A stretch of DNA of 64,000 nucleotides from an uncultured Bacteroidales bacterium. Lineage in GTDB: Bacteria > Bacteroidota > Bacteroidia > Bacteroidales > Bacteroidaceae. The position numbers and the translations under genes are program-made. Below the pieces are notes generated by a model, which saw only the letters and a list, made by a program, of their open reading frames with translations, was not told where the DNA came from and did no database searches. Shown one piece after another: positions 29,556 to 38,974 of the stretch (its first letter is position 1; the number at the start of each line of letters is the position of its first letter). The stretch spans positions 16,265 to 80,264 of the forward strand of contig CACYLU010000004.1 of the NCBI GenBank assembly GCA_902775375.1, in the 5' to 3' direction.

Positions 29556-29710
29556 TATGCTTTGCGCCCTGCATCCTTGTTGTTTGCGGCTTGCCTCCTT
29601 ATGGCTTTCAGCCTGCAAACCTATGGTTTGTGCCCTACATTCATATAGCTTTCAGTCCTCAAACATATTACTAATGTCAAGCCATGCACATTACTTCCTC
29701 AAAAAAATAC
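29556..29710. repeat. Degenerate 22-bp-period tandem array
   Basis: Units start at 29556, 29578, 29600, 29622, 29644 and 29666 (for example TATGCTTTGCGCCCTGCATCCT, TATGGCTTTCAGCCTGCAAACC, TATGGTTTGTGCCCTACATTCA). Confidence 0.6.
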
Positions 29711-29763
29711 TTTTAGACCAAATAATGGTAAAGATAGAACTTTTCATTTTCTAAAATTTGCTG

Positions 29764-29771
29764 TACATTTG
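29764..29771 (+). promoter_or_regulatory. -7 promoter box (TACATTTG) for the 29904 gene, implying a leader of about 125 nt
   Basis: Consensus match. Confidence 0.5.
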
Positions 29772-29903
29772 CCGTCGAAAATGCGGGAAATGGACTTTAT
29801 TTCTTAGATAATAAAATTATGTAGAGGATTTATATAACTGTCGCCCGCAAATATTCCCATAGAAATATTAGAAATAGTTCAGTTATTGTGGTTAACTATT
29901 TAA

Positions 29904-32216
29904 ATGAAAAAGTACATTCTACTTAGCCTCATATTTTTGCCCGTTGCGCTGATGGCTCAACGCTTGCCCGTTGGTATCGTCAGTGTACAGGACTCGGCAA
30001 AGAGCATCCAGTTAGGCGTCATCTCCAATATTGCTACTGATGGCGGAAAAGGCCTTCAACTGTCAGGATTCTCCAATATGTCGGCAACGGCTTTCCGTGG
30101 CATTCAACTGAGTGGCGTGAGTAATATCGCTCGTGGTCTGCCAAAAGGCATTCAGCTCTCAGGTCTGCTAAATGTGTCGAGTGACTACATGCGTGGCCTG
30201 CAACTAGGTAGCGTCAACTATGTTGACTCGCTCAACGGCTCGCAAATAGGGCTTGTCAACGTGGCACGCACACATCCGAAAGGTTGGCAGATAGGGTTGG
30301 TGAATATCACCAACGACACCATTGCACATAAGATTGGTTTGGTTAACATTAACCCAAAAACCGCCATTGACTTTATGATCTATGGGGGAACAGTAACGAC
30401 AACCAACTTGGGCATTCGCTTTCGTAACCGCAGCACTTATAGCATCGTTGGTGTGGGCACCCACTTCATGGGGCTGGACAAGAAATTCTCAGGGGCTGTG
30501 TTCTACCGATTAGGGCAATACTTCACTTTGACTCCTAAATTATCGCTCAGCGGTGATATAGGTTTCTATCATGTGGAGACTTTTCAGCAACATTCCAACG
30601 ATACACCCGAACGGCTATTCTCACTGCAAGCCCGAGTGAACGTCGACTACCGCTTGACCAATCATATTGGCGCCTTTGCCTCTGTGGGTTGGGGTACTAC
30701 GCGTTATTATAAAGGTTTCGCTAACTATCGTAATCGTCCGTTGGCTGAAATAGGTATCACTATCCGACAAAGGCACAGAGATGTACTTGATAATAAGACT
30801 CCCAAACATGATGACCGAGAAGAAACTAGCGATAGTATTATGGCGCTTAGCCCAAAGAAGCATTACTGGCGGGCTGCAGCTGAGGTGTTCGGCATCAATG
30901 CAGGTGTTCATCTTTTCGACCGTTTTCTGCTTAACGAGGATTTTGCTCAGACAACTTTGCATACTATCCGCCACAATTTCAAAACTGGCTTTGTATGGGA
31001 TAACGACAAGTTTGCCACTAACATGTTTGCCCACCCCTATCACGGCAACCTCTATTTTAATGCAGCTCGTACCAATGGGCTATCATTCTGGGAGTCTGCT
31101 CCCTTCAGCCTTGGTGGGTCATTGATGTGGGAGTTTTTCGGTGAAACAGAGCCGCCAGCCATAAACGATGTCATAGCCACTACTATAGGCGGTATCACGT
31201 TAGGTGAGATAACCCATCGCCTAAGTCAATTGCCGCTTAACGATCGCAGTCGTGGCTTCCGTCGTTTCCTGCGTGAGGCAGCTGGTTTCATCATCAATCC
31301 AATACAGGGCATACACCGCATTATAAGTGGAGATGCTTGGCGCATAAGGAACACTAACTACAAATACCATGACTATGAATCCTTGCCCATTGATTTCTCC
31401 ATTACTACTGGTCTGAGATACTTAGCCGACGAGGGCGCCATGTTCCGAGGTGAGTACAGTCCTTATGTGAATATGTATCTTAGCTACGGCTTACCTGTGG
31501 ATGGAAAGAAACATACCACTCCTTATGACTTTTTTGACGTAGACGTTACCTTCGGACTTAGCGGCAATCAACCGCTGGTTAATACGTTAAATGTTCTGGG
31601 TCGCATATGGAGCACACCTATACTGGACAAGAATGAGATGGCTGGTGAGTTCGGCTTTTACCAGCACTTTAACTATTATGACTCCAAACCAGTGAATGAT
31701 GGCTCTGGCCTAACACCCTATCGTATTAGTGAGGCTGCAGCCTTCGGCCCAGGCTTTATTCTTTCTTTTCCACGAGTTGGAGCCATGACCCGACTGGAGC
31801 AGCGCATTTTCCTTAGCGGCATCTTACTTGGCGGTACTAAGAGTGATTATTTCAACGTTATTGATCGTGATTACAACATGGGAAGTGGCTTCTCTATCAA
31901 GTCGAAAACTTTCATGGATTTAGGCCATTTTGGCCGTCTTATCATGCATGCCAAATATTTCCATCTGTTTACATGGAAAGGCTACGAAGGAAAAGACCTA
32001 TCGCAAATCGACGATCTACTCTACTTGAACGTGCAAGGCGACAGGGGTAATGCTGCCCTGCTCGTGGTGAATCCTATCGTAGAGGTTGACTTGAATCATC
32101 AATGGAGTCTTAACTTCTCTGGCAGCTACTTCTACCGCAAGACTCACTATAAAAGTCACACTGATGTAATCGCGAAAACCTATGAGCTAAAAACCAGTTT
32201 GACTTGCCATTTCTAA
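29904..32216 (+). CDS. Large outer-membrane/exported protein: N-terminal G(L/I)QL-G..N repeats (LA_2272-like), central barrel-like segment, C-terminal DUF3943-like region
   Basis: Signal peptide. Repeats GLQLSGFSN / GIQLSGVSN / GIQLSGLLN / GSQIGLVN. WDND.F.TN.FAHPYHG.LYFNAAR.NG..FWES...GSL.WE...E.EPP..ND motif. Terminal aromatic residue (...CHF). Confidence 0.7.
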   Translation: MKKYILLSLIFLPVALMAQRLPVGIVSVQDSAKSIQLGVISNIATDGGKGLQLSGFSNMSATAFRGIQLSGVSNIARGLPKGIQLSGLLNVSSDYMRGLQLGSVNYVDSLNGSQIGLVNVARTHPKGWQIGLVNITNDTIAHKIGLVNINPKTAIDFMIYGGTVTTTNLGIRFRNRSTYSIVGVGTHFMGLDKKFSGAVFYRLGQYFTLTPKLSLSGDIGFYHVETFQQHSNDTPERLFSLQARVNVDYRLTNHIGAFASVGWGTTRYYKGFANYRNRPLAEIGITIRQRHRDVLDNKTPKHDDREETSDSIMALSPKKHYWRAAAEVFGINAGVHLFDRFLLNEDFAQTTLHTIRHNFKTGFVWDNDKFATNMFAHPYHGNLYFNAARTNGLSFWESAPFSLGGSLMWEFFGETEPPAINDVIATTIGGITLGEITHRLSQLPLNDRSRGFRRFLREAAGFIINPIQGIHRIISGDAWRIRNTNYKYHDYESLPIDFSITTGLRYLADEGAMFRGEYSPYVNMYLSYGLPVDGKKHTTPYDFFDVDVTFGLSGNQPLVNTLNVLGRIWSTPILDKNEMAGEFGFYQHFNYYDSKPVNDGSGLTPYRISEAAAFGPGFILSFPRVGAMTRLEQRIFLSGILLGGTKSDYFNVIDRDYNMGSGFSIKSKTFMDLGHFGRLIMHAKYFHLFTWKGYEGKDLSQIDDLLYLNVQGDRGNAALLVVNPIVEVDLNHQWSLNFSGSYFYRKTHYKSHTDVIAKTYELKTSLTCHF

Positions 32217-32324
32217 ATGACAAGTAGGCTAATGCAAAAGATGATAATGAACTGAAATGGGTTTTATATATTGATGAAGGTGAGCCAAAAGACCCACCTC
32301 CAACGATATCTCTTTAAAGAGCTG

Positions 32325-34106
32325 TTAATCCAGCTTCAGCACAGCGAGGAAGGCCTTTTGAGGTACTTCCACATTGCCAATCTGCTTCATGCGCTTCTTG
32401 CCTCGCTTCTGCTTCTCCAACAGTTTGCGCTTACGGCTCACATCACCACCGTAGCACTTGGCGGTAACGTCCTTGCGTACTTGCTTGATAGTCTCACGAG
32501 CAATGATCTTGGCTCCGATGGCTGCCTGTACGGCAATATCGAACTGCTGTCTTGGAATCAGCTCTTTCAGCTTCTCACACATACGGCGTCCCAAATCGTA
32601 GGCATTGCTCTCGTGGGTGAGGGTAGAGAGGGCATCGACAGGCTCACCATTGAGCAGGATGTCGAGCTTGATGAGCTTGGATGGACGGAACCCGTTGGGG
32701 TGGTAGTCGAATGAGGCATAGCCTTTGGAGATGCTCTTGAGCTTGTCGTAGAAGTCAATCACGATTTCACCTAATGGTATGTCGTAGTAAATCTCAACAC
32801 GGTTGCCACTGACATACTCCTGCTTCACCAGTTCGCCACGCTTGCCGAGACAGAGCGTCATGATAGGACCGATATAGTCGGTTGCGGTGATGATGCTGGC
32901 ACGGATATATGGCTCATCAATATGATCGATGGTAGTAGGGTCGGGCATAGAGCCTGGGTTGTGCACCTCAGTCATCACACCATGTTTGTCGTAGATATTA
33001 TAGCTTACGTTAGGCACCGTGGTGATGACGTCCATATCAAACTCACGGTCAAGACGCTCCTGCACAATCTCCATGTGAAGCAGGCCGAGGAAACCACAAC
33101 GGAAACCAAAGCCGAGGGCAACTGATGACTCAGCCTGGAAAGTAAGGGCTGCATCATTTAGCTGCAGTTTCTCCAAGCTGGCACGCAGGTTCTCATAGTC
33201 TTCGGGAGCAATGGGATAAACACCGGCAAACACCATGGGCTTCACCTCTTCGAAACCAGAGATGGCTTCGCTGCAAGGACGGGCAATATGAGTGATGGTG
33301 TCACCCACACGTACCTCAGTAGAGGTCTTGATGCCACTGATGATATAGCCTACATCACCAGTGCGGAGCTCAGGGCGTGGCACCATATCCATCTTCAGTA
33401 CGCCTACTTCGTCGGCATCATACTCCTTTCCTGTATTGAAGAACTTTACCTTGTCGCCTTTTCGAATAACGCCATTCACCACCTTAAAGTATGCGATGAT
33501 GCCTCGGAAAGAATTGAATACGGAATCGAAAATGAGTGCCTGCAATGGGGCGTCTTCGTCACCTTCTGGGTGTGGCACACGTTCCACAATGGCATTCAGA
33601 ATTTCCTCTACACCCAAGCCTGTCTTGGCACTGGCACGGATGATGTCTTTACGATCACATCCCAGCAGTTCCACGATTTCGTCTTCCACCTCGTCAGGCA
33701 TGGCATTGGGCATATCGCACTTGTTGATGATGGGGATGATTTCCAAATCATGCTCCAGTGCCATATAAAGGTTGGAGATGGTTTGTGCCTGCACACCCTG
33801 GCTGGCATCGACCACCAACAAAGCACCCTCGCAGGCAGCGATGCTGCGACTCACTTCGTAGCTGAAATCCACGTGTCCCGGAGTGTCAATGAGGTTGAGG
33901 ATGTAGTTCTCGCCCTTGTATTGATATTCCATCTGGATAGCGTGGCTCTTGATGGTAATGCCTCGCTCTCTCTCCAGCTCCATGTCATCAAGCATCTGCC
34001 CTTCAGTAATCTGAATGGTATTAGTAAACTCCAGCAGACGGTCTGCCAGTGTTGATTTGCCGTGGTCTATATGGGCAATGATGCAGAAGTTTCGTATGTT
34101 CTTCAT
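32325..34106 (-). CDS. lepA: Translation elongation factor 4
   Basis: Motifs [69 protein letters not shown]. Confidence 0.99.
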   Translation of the reverse strand: MKNIRNFCIIAHIDHGKSTLADRLLEFTNTIQITEGQMLDDMELERERGITIKSHAIQMEYQYKGENYILNLIDTPGHVDFSYEVSRSIAACEGALLVVDASQGVQAQTISNLYMALEHDLEIIPIINKCDMPNAMPDEVEDEIVELLGCDRKDIIRASAKTGLGVEEILNAIVERVPHPEGDEDAPLQALIFDSVFNSFRGIIAYFKVVNGVIRKGDKVKFFNTGKEYDADEVGVLKMDMVPRPELRTGDVGYIISGIKTSTEVRVGDTITHIARPCSEAISGFEEVKPMVFAGVYPIAPEDYENLRASLEKLQLNDAALTFQAESSVALGFGFRCGFLGLLHMEIVQERLDREFDMDVITTVPNVSYNIYDKHGVMTEVHNPGSMPDPTTIDHIDEPYIRASIITATDYIGPIMTLCLGKRGELVKQEYVSGNRVEIYYDIPLGEIVIDFYDKLKSISKGYASFDYHPNGFRPSKLIKLDILLNGEPVDALSTLTHESNAYDLGRRMCEKLKELIPRQQFDIAVQAAIGAKIIARETIKQVRKDVTAKCYGGDVSRKRKLLEKQKRGKKRMKQIGNVEVPQKAFLAVLKLD

Positions 34107-34125
34107 TTAATAAATTGAGAATTAA

Positions 34126-34986
34126 TTACTCACATAATATCTCATTCCCTGTTTCGGTAATCAGTATATGGCTTTCCCACTGAGCTGATGGCAAGCCGTC
34201 TTCAGTGCAGACAGTCCACCCATCATCCTCATCAATGAATACTTGGAATTTACCCATGTTGATCATTGGCTCGATGGTGAATGTCATGCCTGGCACCAGC
34301 ACCATACCCGTGCCTGCCTTGCCGTAATGGTTGACGTTGGGATCTTCGTGAAACTTAACGCCACAGCCATGACCGCACAAGTCGCGTACCACGCTGTAAC
34401 CATTACTTTCGGCATGTTTCTGGATAGCCTCGCCGATATCACCCAGGCGAGCCCAAGGCTTGGCCATCTCCACGCCAATGTCACGGCACTCTTTGGCCAC
34501 ACGTACCAGCTTCTGGTTCTCTTCGCTAACATTGCCAATCATGAACATGCGACTGGCATCAGCAAAATAGCCTTTATAAATTGTGGTTAAGTCAACATTC
34601 ACGATATCACCATCCTTGATTACCTCTTTCGTGCTAGGTATGCCGTGGCACACCACATCGTTGATGCTGATGCAGGAACTCTTGGGGAAACCTTCATATA
34701 AGAAAGGTGCTGGGATAGCATCATGATCGGTAGTGAATGCATATACCGCATGGTCAATCTCTGCTGTGGTAACACCTTCCTTTACCAATGGGGTGATATA
34801 GTCGAGCAGGGCTTTATTGATCTTGCCTGCCTCGCGTATGCCTTCAATCTGTTCTTTGCTGCGAAGCAAGGTGCGCTTGGGCACGTGATACCCCCTGCGG
34901 ATGCAATCTTGTACTTTTTCTTCTACTTCTTTACTATAGCCGTTGGGGGTATATTTGTTGCCCCCAAAAAATTTCTTCATACTCAT
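34126..34986 (-). CDS. map: Type I methionine aminopeptidase
   Basis: Motifs FPKSSCISINDVVCHGIP, GDIVNVD, GYFADASRMF, GHGCG..FHEDP, FTIEPMIN, SAQWESHILIT. Start placed at M14. -7 box TACCTTTG at 35005-35012. Confidence 0.95.
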   Translation of the reverse strand: MSMKKFFGGNKYTPNGYSKEVEEKVQDCIRRGYHVPKRTLLRSKEQIEGIREAGKINKALLDYITPLVKEGVTTAEIDHAVYAFTTDHDAIPAPFLYEGFPKSSCISINDVVCHGIPSTKEVIKDGDIVNVDLTTIYKGYFADASRMFMIGNVSEENQKLVRVAKECRDIGVEMAKPWARLGDIGEAIQKHAESNGYSVVRDLCGHGCGVKFHEDPNVNHYGKAGTGMVLVPGMTFTIEPMINMGKFQVFIDEDDGWTVCTEDGLPSAQWESHILITETGNEILCE

Positions 34987-35054
34987 ATTCGCGAAAATTT
35001 GATGCAAAGGTACAAAGAATCGCATTTATACGCAAAAAAACACTGCAATAAAAG

Positions 35055-38000
35055 TTAATCTCTGTTGACTAGGAAACGCAGGATAGAGGCCATAATATGG
35101 TCGCGTTCAACGACATCGTTGATGGCTTCAAACGGGAATGCCATCGAGAATGTATGGTATTGGTTGCCTTTATAAGCAACAGCAGCGCTCTCGTTGGTGT
35201 CGGTATAGACCATAGCTGTGAACGCATCAGGCGATGCAGTGATGATGTCACTGCTGCTCACGGCATAGCAAGTAGGATTGAGCTTGGAGGGTACTTTCAC
35301 GGTGCGATTCATGCCAAAGACACCAAATTGGTCACCAATGCTGCGATGTGATGCTGCATACTGGTATTTCAGGATGTCTTGCGTGAAGGATGCCTCATTG
35401 GCTCTTTGCATGTCTGAACCGATATAGGCTCCACTGACAAACACATTACCACCAGCTGCAGTAAAGGCACGCATAATGGTCTGTATCTCGGGGCTAAATG
35501 TTTTATAAGTTTGGTTGAATAGTGGACGGGCCTCGGCATCATGGCGCTCCATACCCAAGATATAGTCAATGACAGCATAGCCGTCTGGAGTGACATAGCC
35601 AGCTTCAAGGGCCTCGTCACTAGTGGAAGCAAAGCTATAAGAAACAGCGTGGGAAATGGCTTGCCCATGCAGATAGGGGTAGTTAAAGGTGTTACCGCCA
35701 AAGGTGAGGCCTTCCCATTCTTTGCCACTGTCGCCACGAACACTCTCTCTTGCCTTGCGGTTGAAATTTGTCTGTCGACCTCCAAAAGAGATATCATAAT
35801 GATATGCCACACCAGGATCGGCGTCAAAATCAAAGCCTGCCTCGTCAGCTGTATTGACTAAAGCAGGAGGTGCCAAACGGTCGAAACCATTTACCACCAA
35901 AACCTTGGCTAACTCCTGCGATGACTTATAGGCACTGAGCACCTCGCTGGGCAAGCTCTCGCCACCTTGGTTAATGGCGGTAACCTTGAAAGAATAGAGT
36001 ACATCTGGCTGGAGTTCCAGGTTTAATGATGTGTCGTTTACACGAATGCCGTTGTCGAAATCGCCGTCGCCCGTGCGAGTGTAAATGATGTATGCATCGG
36101 GCTTGGCAGTAGGCTCAAGCGGATCTTCATTGGGCTGCCAACTGATTTGTATGGTTTTGTCGCCGCTGAATTGTGTAGCGAAGTGGGTGACGGGTAGGGG
36201 TTGCACCACATAATCATCACCGTGCTGTGTGGTGACGAATCGCAGAACGGCCTTATAGATGGCACGACCCAAAGTAAACTTGAAGTTGGGATCATGGCCA
36301 AAACGCATGTCTTCAAAATTCTGATGGCTCAGTGTTTCTAAAATGGCCGAAGGCATGGCAGGCAGGCGTGTCTCAGAGTAATTACGGTTCCACATGGCAC
36401 GACGGCGCCAATACTTAGGATAGGTGGCACGGATGTCGTTCACCACTTGAGTATGTAGCAGGTCTGCCAGATCGCGTGAAGCATAACGATCTATGCCTGA
36501 GGCCAGGAGCCCCTCGTTAAAGTCAGTTGTATAAATGGCAAGTGAACCGAAAATACTGTCCTCTTTGGCTATGCCTGCATCACTATGTATGGAGAACAAA
36601 GCTTCGAAAGGAACTTTCATTCCCACTTCGTCAGGGTTGAAGATAGAACCTCCTGAGAGGTAGTTTACTGTTTTTGAACGCACATTAATATCATCGTTAT
36701 AGTCGTTCTTCCCTTCATAGGTGGAATAGATGCTGTCGTGCATACCTGCCCATTGTGCCCAATATCGGGCTCCCTCCAGGTAGCGGGGCATGCCGCTTAA
36801 AGAACCGTCTCTTAGCATGTTGCCCATGCCTCCGCCGAAGCGTACGGCATCAGCTGTGACAATACCTGTCTCCTTGCTCTCGTTACTAAGTGTCACCATA
36901 TTGGCAGGGTTGCGACCTTTCTGGAAATAGTAGGTGCCTAAATATACCCAAGTGCCTCCACCCATCTGCTGATTCACTTGTATCTTGGTGACATTTCCTC
37001 CGTGATAGATATGGTAATGTGCGTCAGATACGCTGCGGGGCAGGGTTTGGTAGCTGACATATACTGCATATTCGCCCGATTCGGGGATGTCAGGTATCCA
37101 TTGGACTCGGGCATCACCTTCTTTCTCTGTGAAAGTGTAACGGGCTGTACCCGTCTTAAACGGGTTCTCTCCATAATTATAATTGCGTTTCCAATAGGCA
37201 AAGCCTGCGCTGTCACTTTGCATCCAACTGGATTTCTTACTTTCTATTTCTTTGTATTCTGAGCGTGAGAACTGCATGCCGTCATTATCTACTACCACCT
37301 CTTGTCTCTGGATGTCTCTCTCACGAGGCGTATAAACTACAGCTCCAGCATTTTCCAGCATAGGAATTACAAAAGGCAAAACAATACTCTGGGTAAACTG
37401 ATCTTCGGTGGTGCCATACAAGCGTGGACGTTGCCATCTCCACTCTTTGCGTTTCACATCATAATAGATGCCGTGACTCTGCCATAGGGCAATGTGGCGG
37501 TTGGTTAACGCTTTTGAGGGGGTAAAAGGGCGAGAGAGGTTCTTGGTCCACGGATTACCCTTGTATTCCAGACGGCTAAACAAGCGTTTACCATCTTTGT
37601 GAGAATTGTAATAGTTGGGTATCAATTGTTCGATGGAACGCTCGCCACTATAAATGGTTAATTGGTAGTCTTTGTATTCACTGGGGATAATGCTCTTGAA
37701 ATCTTGGTAGAGCTGCTGCACGTTGTTTTGACGCATAGGGATATAAGCCAATCGGAGACTGACGTATACATCCAACTTACGTGTCTCATTGTCTATCTTG
37801 ATGCTATCAACCGCTAACTTCTCCAGTTTAACATCAGGATCCTGGTAGCCGCCTAGATAATAGTTCAATCCCTCCAACAGTTCGTCCTGAGGAGTCTGCG
37901 CATTTTGTGCCGATGAGCTGAATATGTTGCTCGTCAATAGTAGTCCTGTCAGTATGAATAGCTTAATTTTCAATTTTCGATTACCATTTCTAAATTGCAA
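35055..38000 (-). CDS. Exported N-acetylmuramoyl-L-alanine amidase-like (Amidase_3) protein with inserted golvesin/xanthan-lyase-CBD-like domain and FN3 domain
   Basis: Zn-amidase-like residues HIALWQSHG, TTEDQF, FSIHSDAG, AILETLSH. Insert GEYAVYVSY...VNQQMGGGTWVYLGTY...TADAVRFGGG. FN3 motif YSFKVTAINQGGESLPSE. Start uncertain (TTG at 38000 or 37973). Confidence 0.72.
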   Translation of the reverse strand: MQFRNGNRKLKIKLFILTGLLLTSNIFSSSAQNAQTPQDELLEGLNYYLGGYQDPDVKLEKLAVDSIKIDNETRKLDVYVSLRLAYIPMRQNNVQQLYQDFKSIIPSEYKDYQLTIYSGERSIEQLIPNYYNSHKDGKRLFSRLEYKGNPWTKNLSRPFTPSKALTNRHIALWQSHGIYYDVKRKEWRWQRPRLYGTTEDQFTQSIVLPFVIPMLENAGAVVYTPRERDIQRQEVVVDNDGMQFSRSEYKEIESKKSSWMQSDSAGFAYWKRNYNYGENPFKTGTARYTFTEKEGDARVQWIPDIPESGEYAVYVSYQTLPRSVSDAHYHIYHGGNVTKIQVNQQMGGGTWVYLGTYYFQKGRNPANMVTLSNESKETGIVTADAVRFGGGMGNMLRDGSLSGMPRYLEGARYWAQWAGMHDSIYSTYEGKNDYNDDINVRSKTVNYLSGGSIFNPDEVGMKVPFEALFSIHSDAGIAKEDSIFGSLAIYTTDFNEGLLASGIDRYASRDLADLLHTQVVNDIRATYPKYWRRRAMWNRNYSETRLPAMPSAILETLSHQNFEDMRFGHDPNFKFTLGRAIYKAVLRFVTTQHGDDYVVQPLPVTHFATQFSGDKTIQISWQPNEDPLEPTAKPDAYIIYTRTGDGDFDNGIRVNDTSLNLELQPDVLYSFKVTAINQGGESLPSEVLSAYKSSQELAKVLVVNGFDRLAPPALVNTADEAGFDFDADPGVAYHYDISFGGRQTNFNRKARESVRGDSGKEWEGLTFGGNTFNYPYLHGQAISHAVSYSFASTSDEALEAGYVTPDGYAVIDYILGMERHDAEARPLFNQTYKTFSPEIQTIMRAFTAAGGNVFVSGAYIGSDMQRANEASFTQDILKYQYAASHRSIGDQFGVFGMNRTVKVPSKLNPTCYAVSSSDIITASPDAFTAMVYTDTNESAAVAYKGNQYHTFSMAFPFEAINDVVERDHIMASILRFLVNRD

Positions 38001-38538
38001 AACTCTCAGGATGCTTTCCTTTGTAATCCTTGAAGTGTTGCTTTATTTCGATTATGTCTTTATCGTAGTCACCTGTAGGAATAAATGTTTTGGTGCATTC
38101 TACGATTTTCCTCTTATAATCAAGACCAAATAACATTATAGGTACATGGGCATTTAGGGCGATATAGTAGAAACCTTTTTTCCACTGCGGGTTAGCTTTT
38201 CGTGTACCTTCTGGTGTGATAGCAAGGTTTAGCTGTTTACGTTGGTTGAAAAGTGTCGCCAATTGTTCTGTCAGAGAAGTCTTCTTACTGCGATCTACAG
38301 GAATCCCTCCCATCCAGCGGAAAAAAATACCCAAAGGAAAGAAGAACCAGTCTTTTTTCATAAGAAAACTGGCTTCTCTTCCCAAAGCCCCCCATAGAAG
38401 TTTGCCAACAAACAAGTCCCAGTTGGATGTATGGGGGACTACACAGATAACACATTTGTCTTCAAGTGGGACGGTAAAGTTTGTGCTCCATCCCAGTAGC
38501 TTGTAATAGATAAAACTGAACAGTTTTTTCTTCATCAA
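37990..38538 (-). CDS. PlsC-family acyltransferase
   Basis: VPHTSNWD (HX4D), GGIPVDRS, ITPEGTR, WKKGFYYIA. Confidence 0.9.
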   Translation of the reverse strand: MMKKKLFSFIYYKLLGWSTNFTVPLEDKCVICVVPHTSNWDLFVGKLLWGALGREASFLMKKDWFFFPLGIFFRWMGGIPVDRSKKTSLTEQLATLFNQRKQLNLAITPEGTRKANPQWKKGFYYIALNAHVPIMLFGLDYKRKIVECTKTFIPTGDYDKDIIEIKQHFKDYKGKHPESFAI

Positions 38539-38813
38539 TCAGCTAAAGTTAATTTGTCGATCGCGTCAATGATTTCAGTGACTTTTTGATCGAACTCAGC
38601 ATGGAATTGCTTATAAAACCCCTTTACGTTACCTGGTTCCGTGTGACTGAGACGATTTACAAAATCATCCTGTGTCTTGAGAATGTCGGTTAGTACTTCG
38701 TCGGCCATATGAGGATTCACCCCCTTAAGGTACAATTTTGCGGCCAGACACTCAGCGAACAATGCGCTTGATACTTCATTGACGAACTGTTTTAAATCTT
38801 TTCTTTTTGCCAT
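38535..38813 (-). CDS. Small hypothetical protein (92 aa, helical)
   Basis: ATG start, plausible composition, ATGA overlap with the downstream plsC-like gene. Confidence 0.75.
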   Translation of the reverse strand: MAKRKDLKQFVNEVSSALFAECLAAKLYLKGVNPHMADEVLTDILKTQDDFVNRLSHTEPGNVKGFYKQFHAEFDQKVTEIIDAIDKLTLAD

Positions 38814-38974
38814 ATTAATTACCTCCTGTAAGTTTATGGATTAGTTTTCACGGGTAAAGATAGTAAAATAATTCTTAATCGCAATGCAACAATCAAATAA
38901 ATATTTGCATTTCTTCGAAAAAAATGCGATATTTGCAGTCCAATTAAGGTTAAACTTTATTTAGAGATAAGAAA

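Noticed and set aside
29539-29754. 71-aa ORF in the repeat region
   Set aside because: It merely reads through the 22-bp array and has no protein-like features.
29772-29903. Structured cis-regulatory leader before the 29904 gene
   Set aside because: Only a 6-bp pairing (TGCGGG/CCCGCA) in AT-rich sequence, too weak to call.
35055-38000. Xanthan lyase
   Set aside because: Only the accessory CBD-like module resembles xanthan lyase. The catalytic motifs seen are amidase-like.
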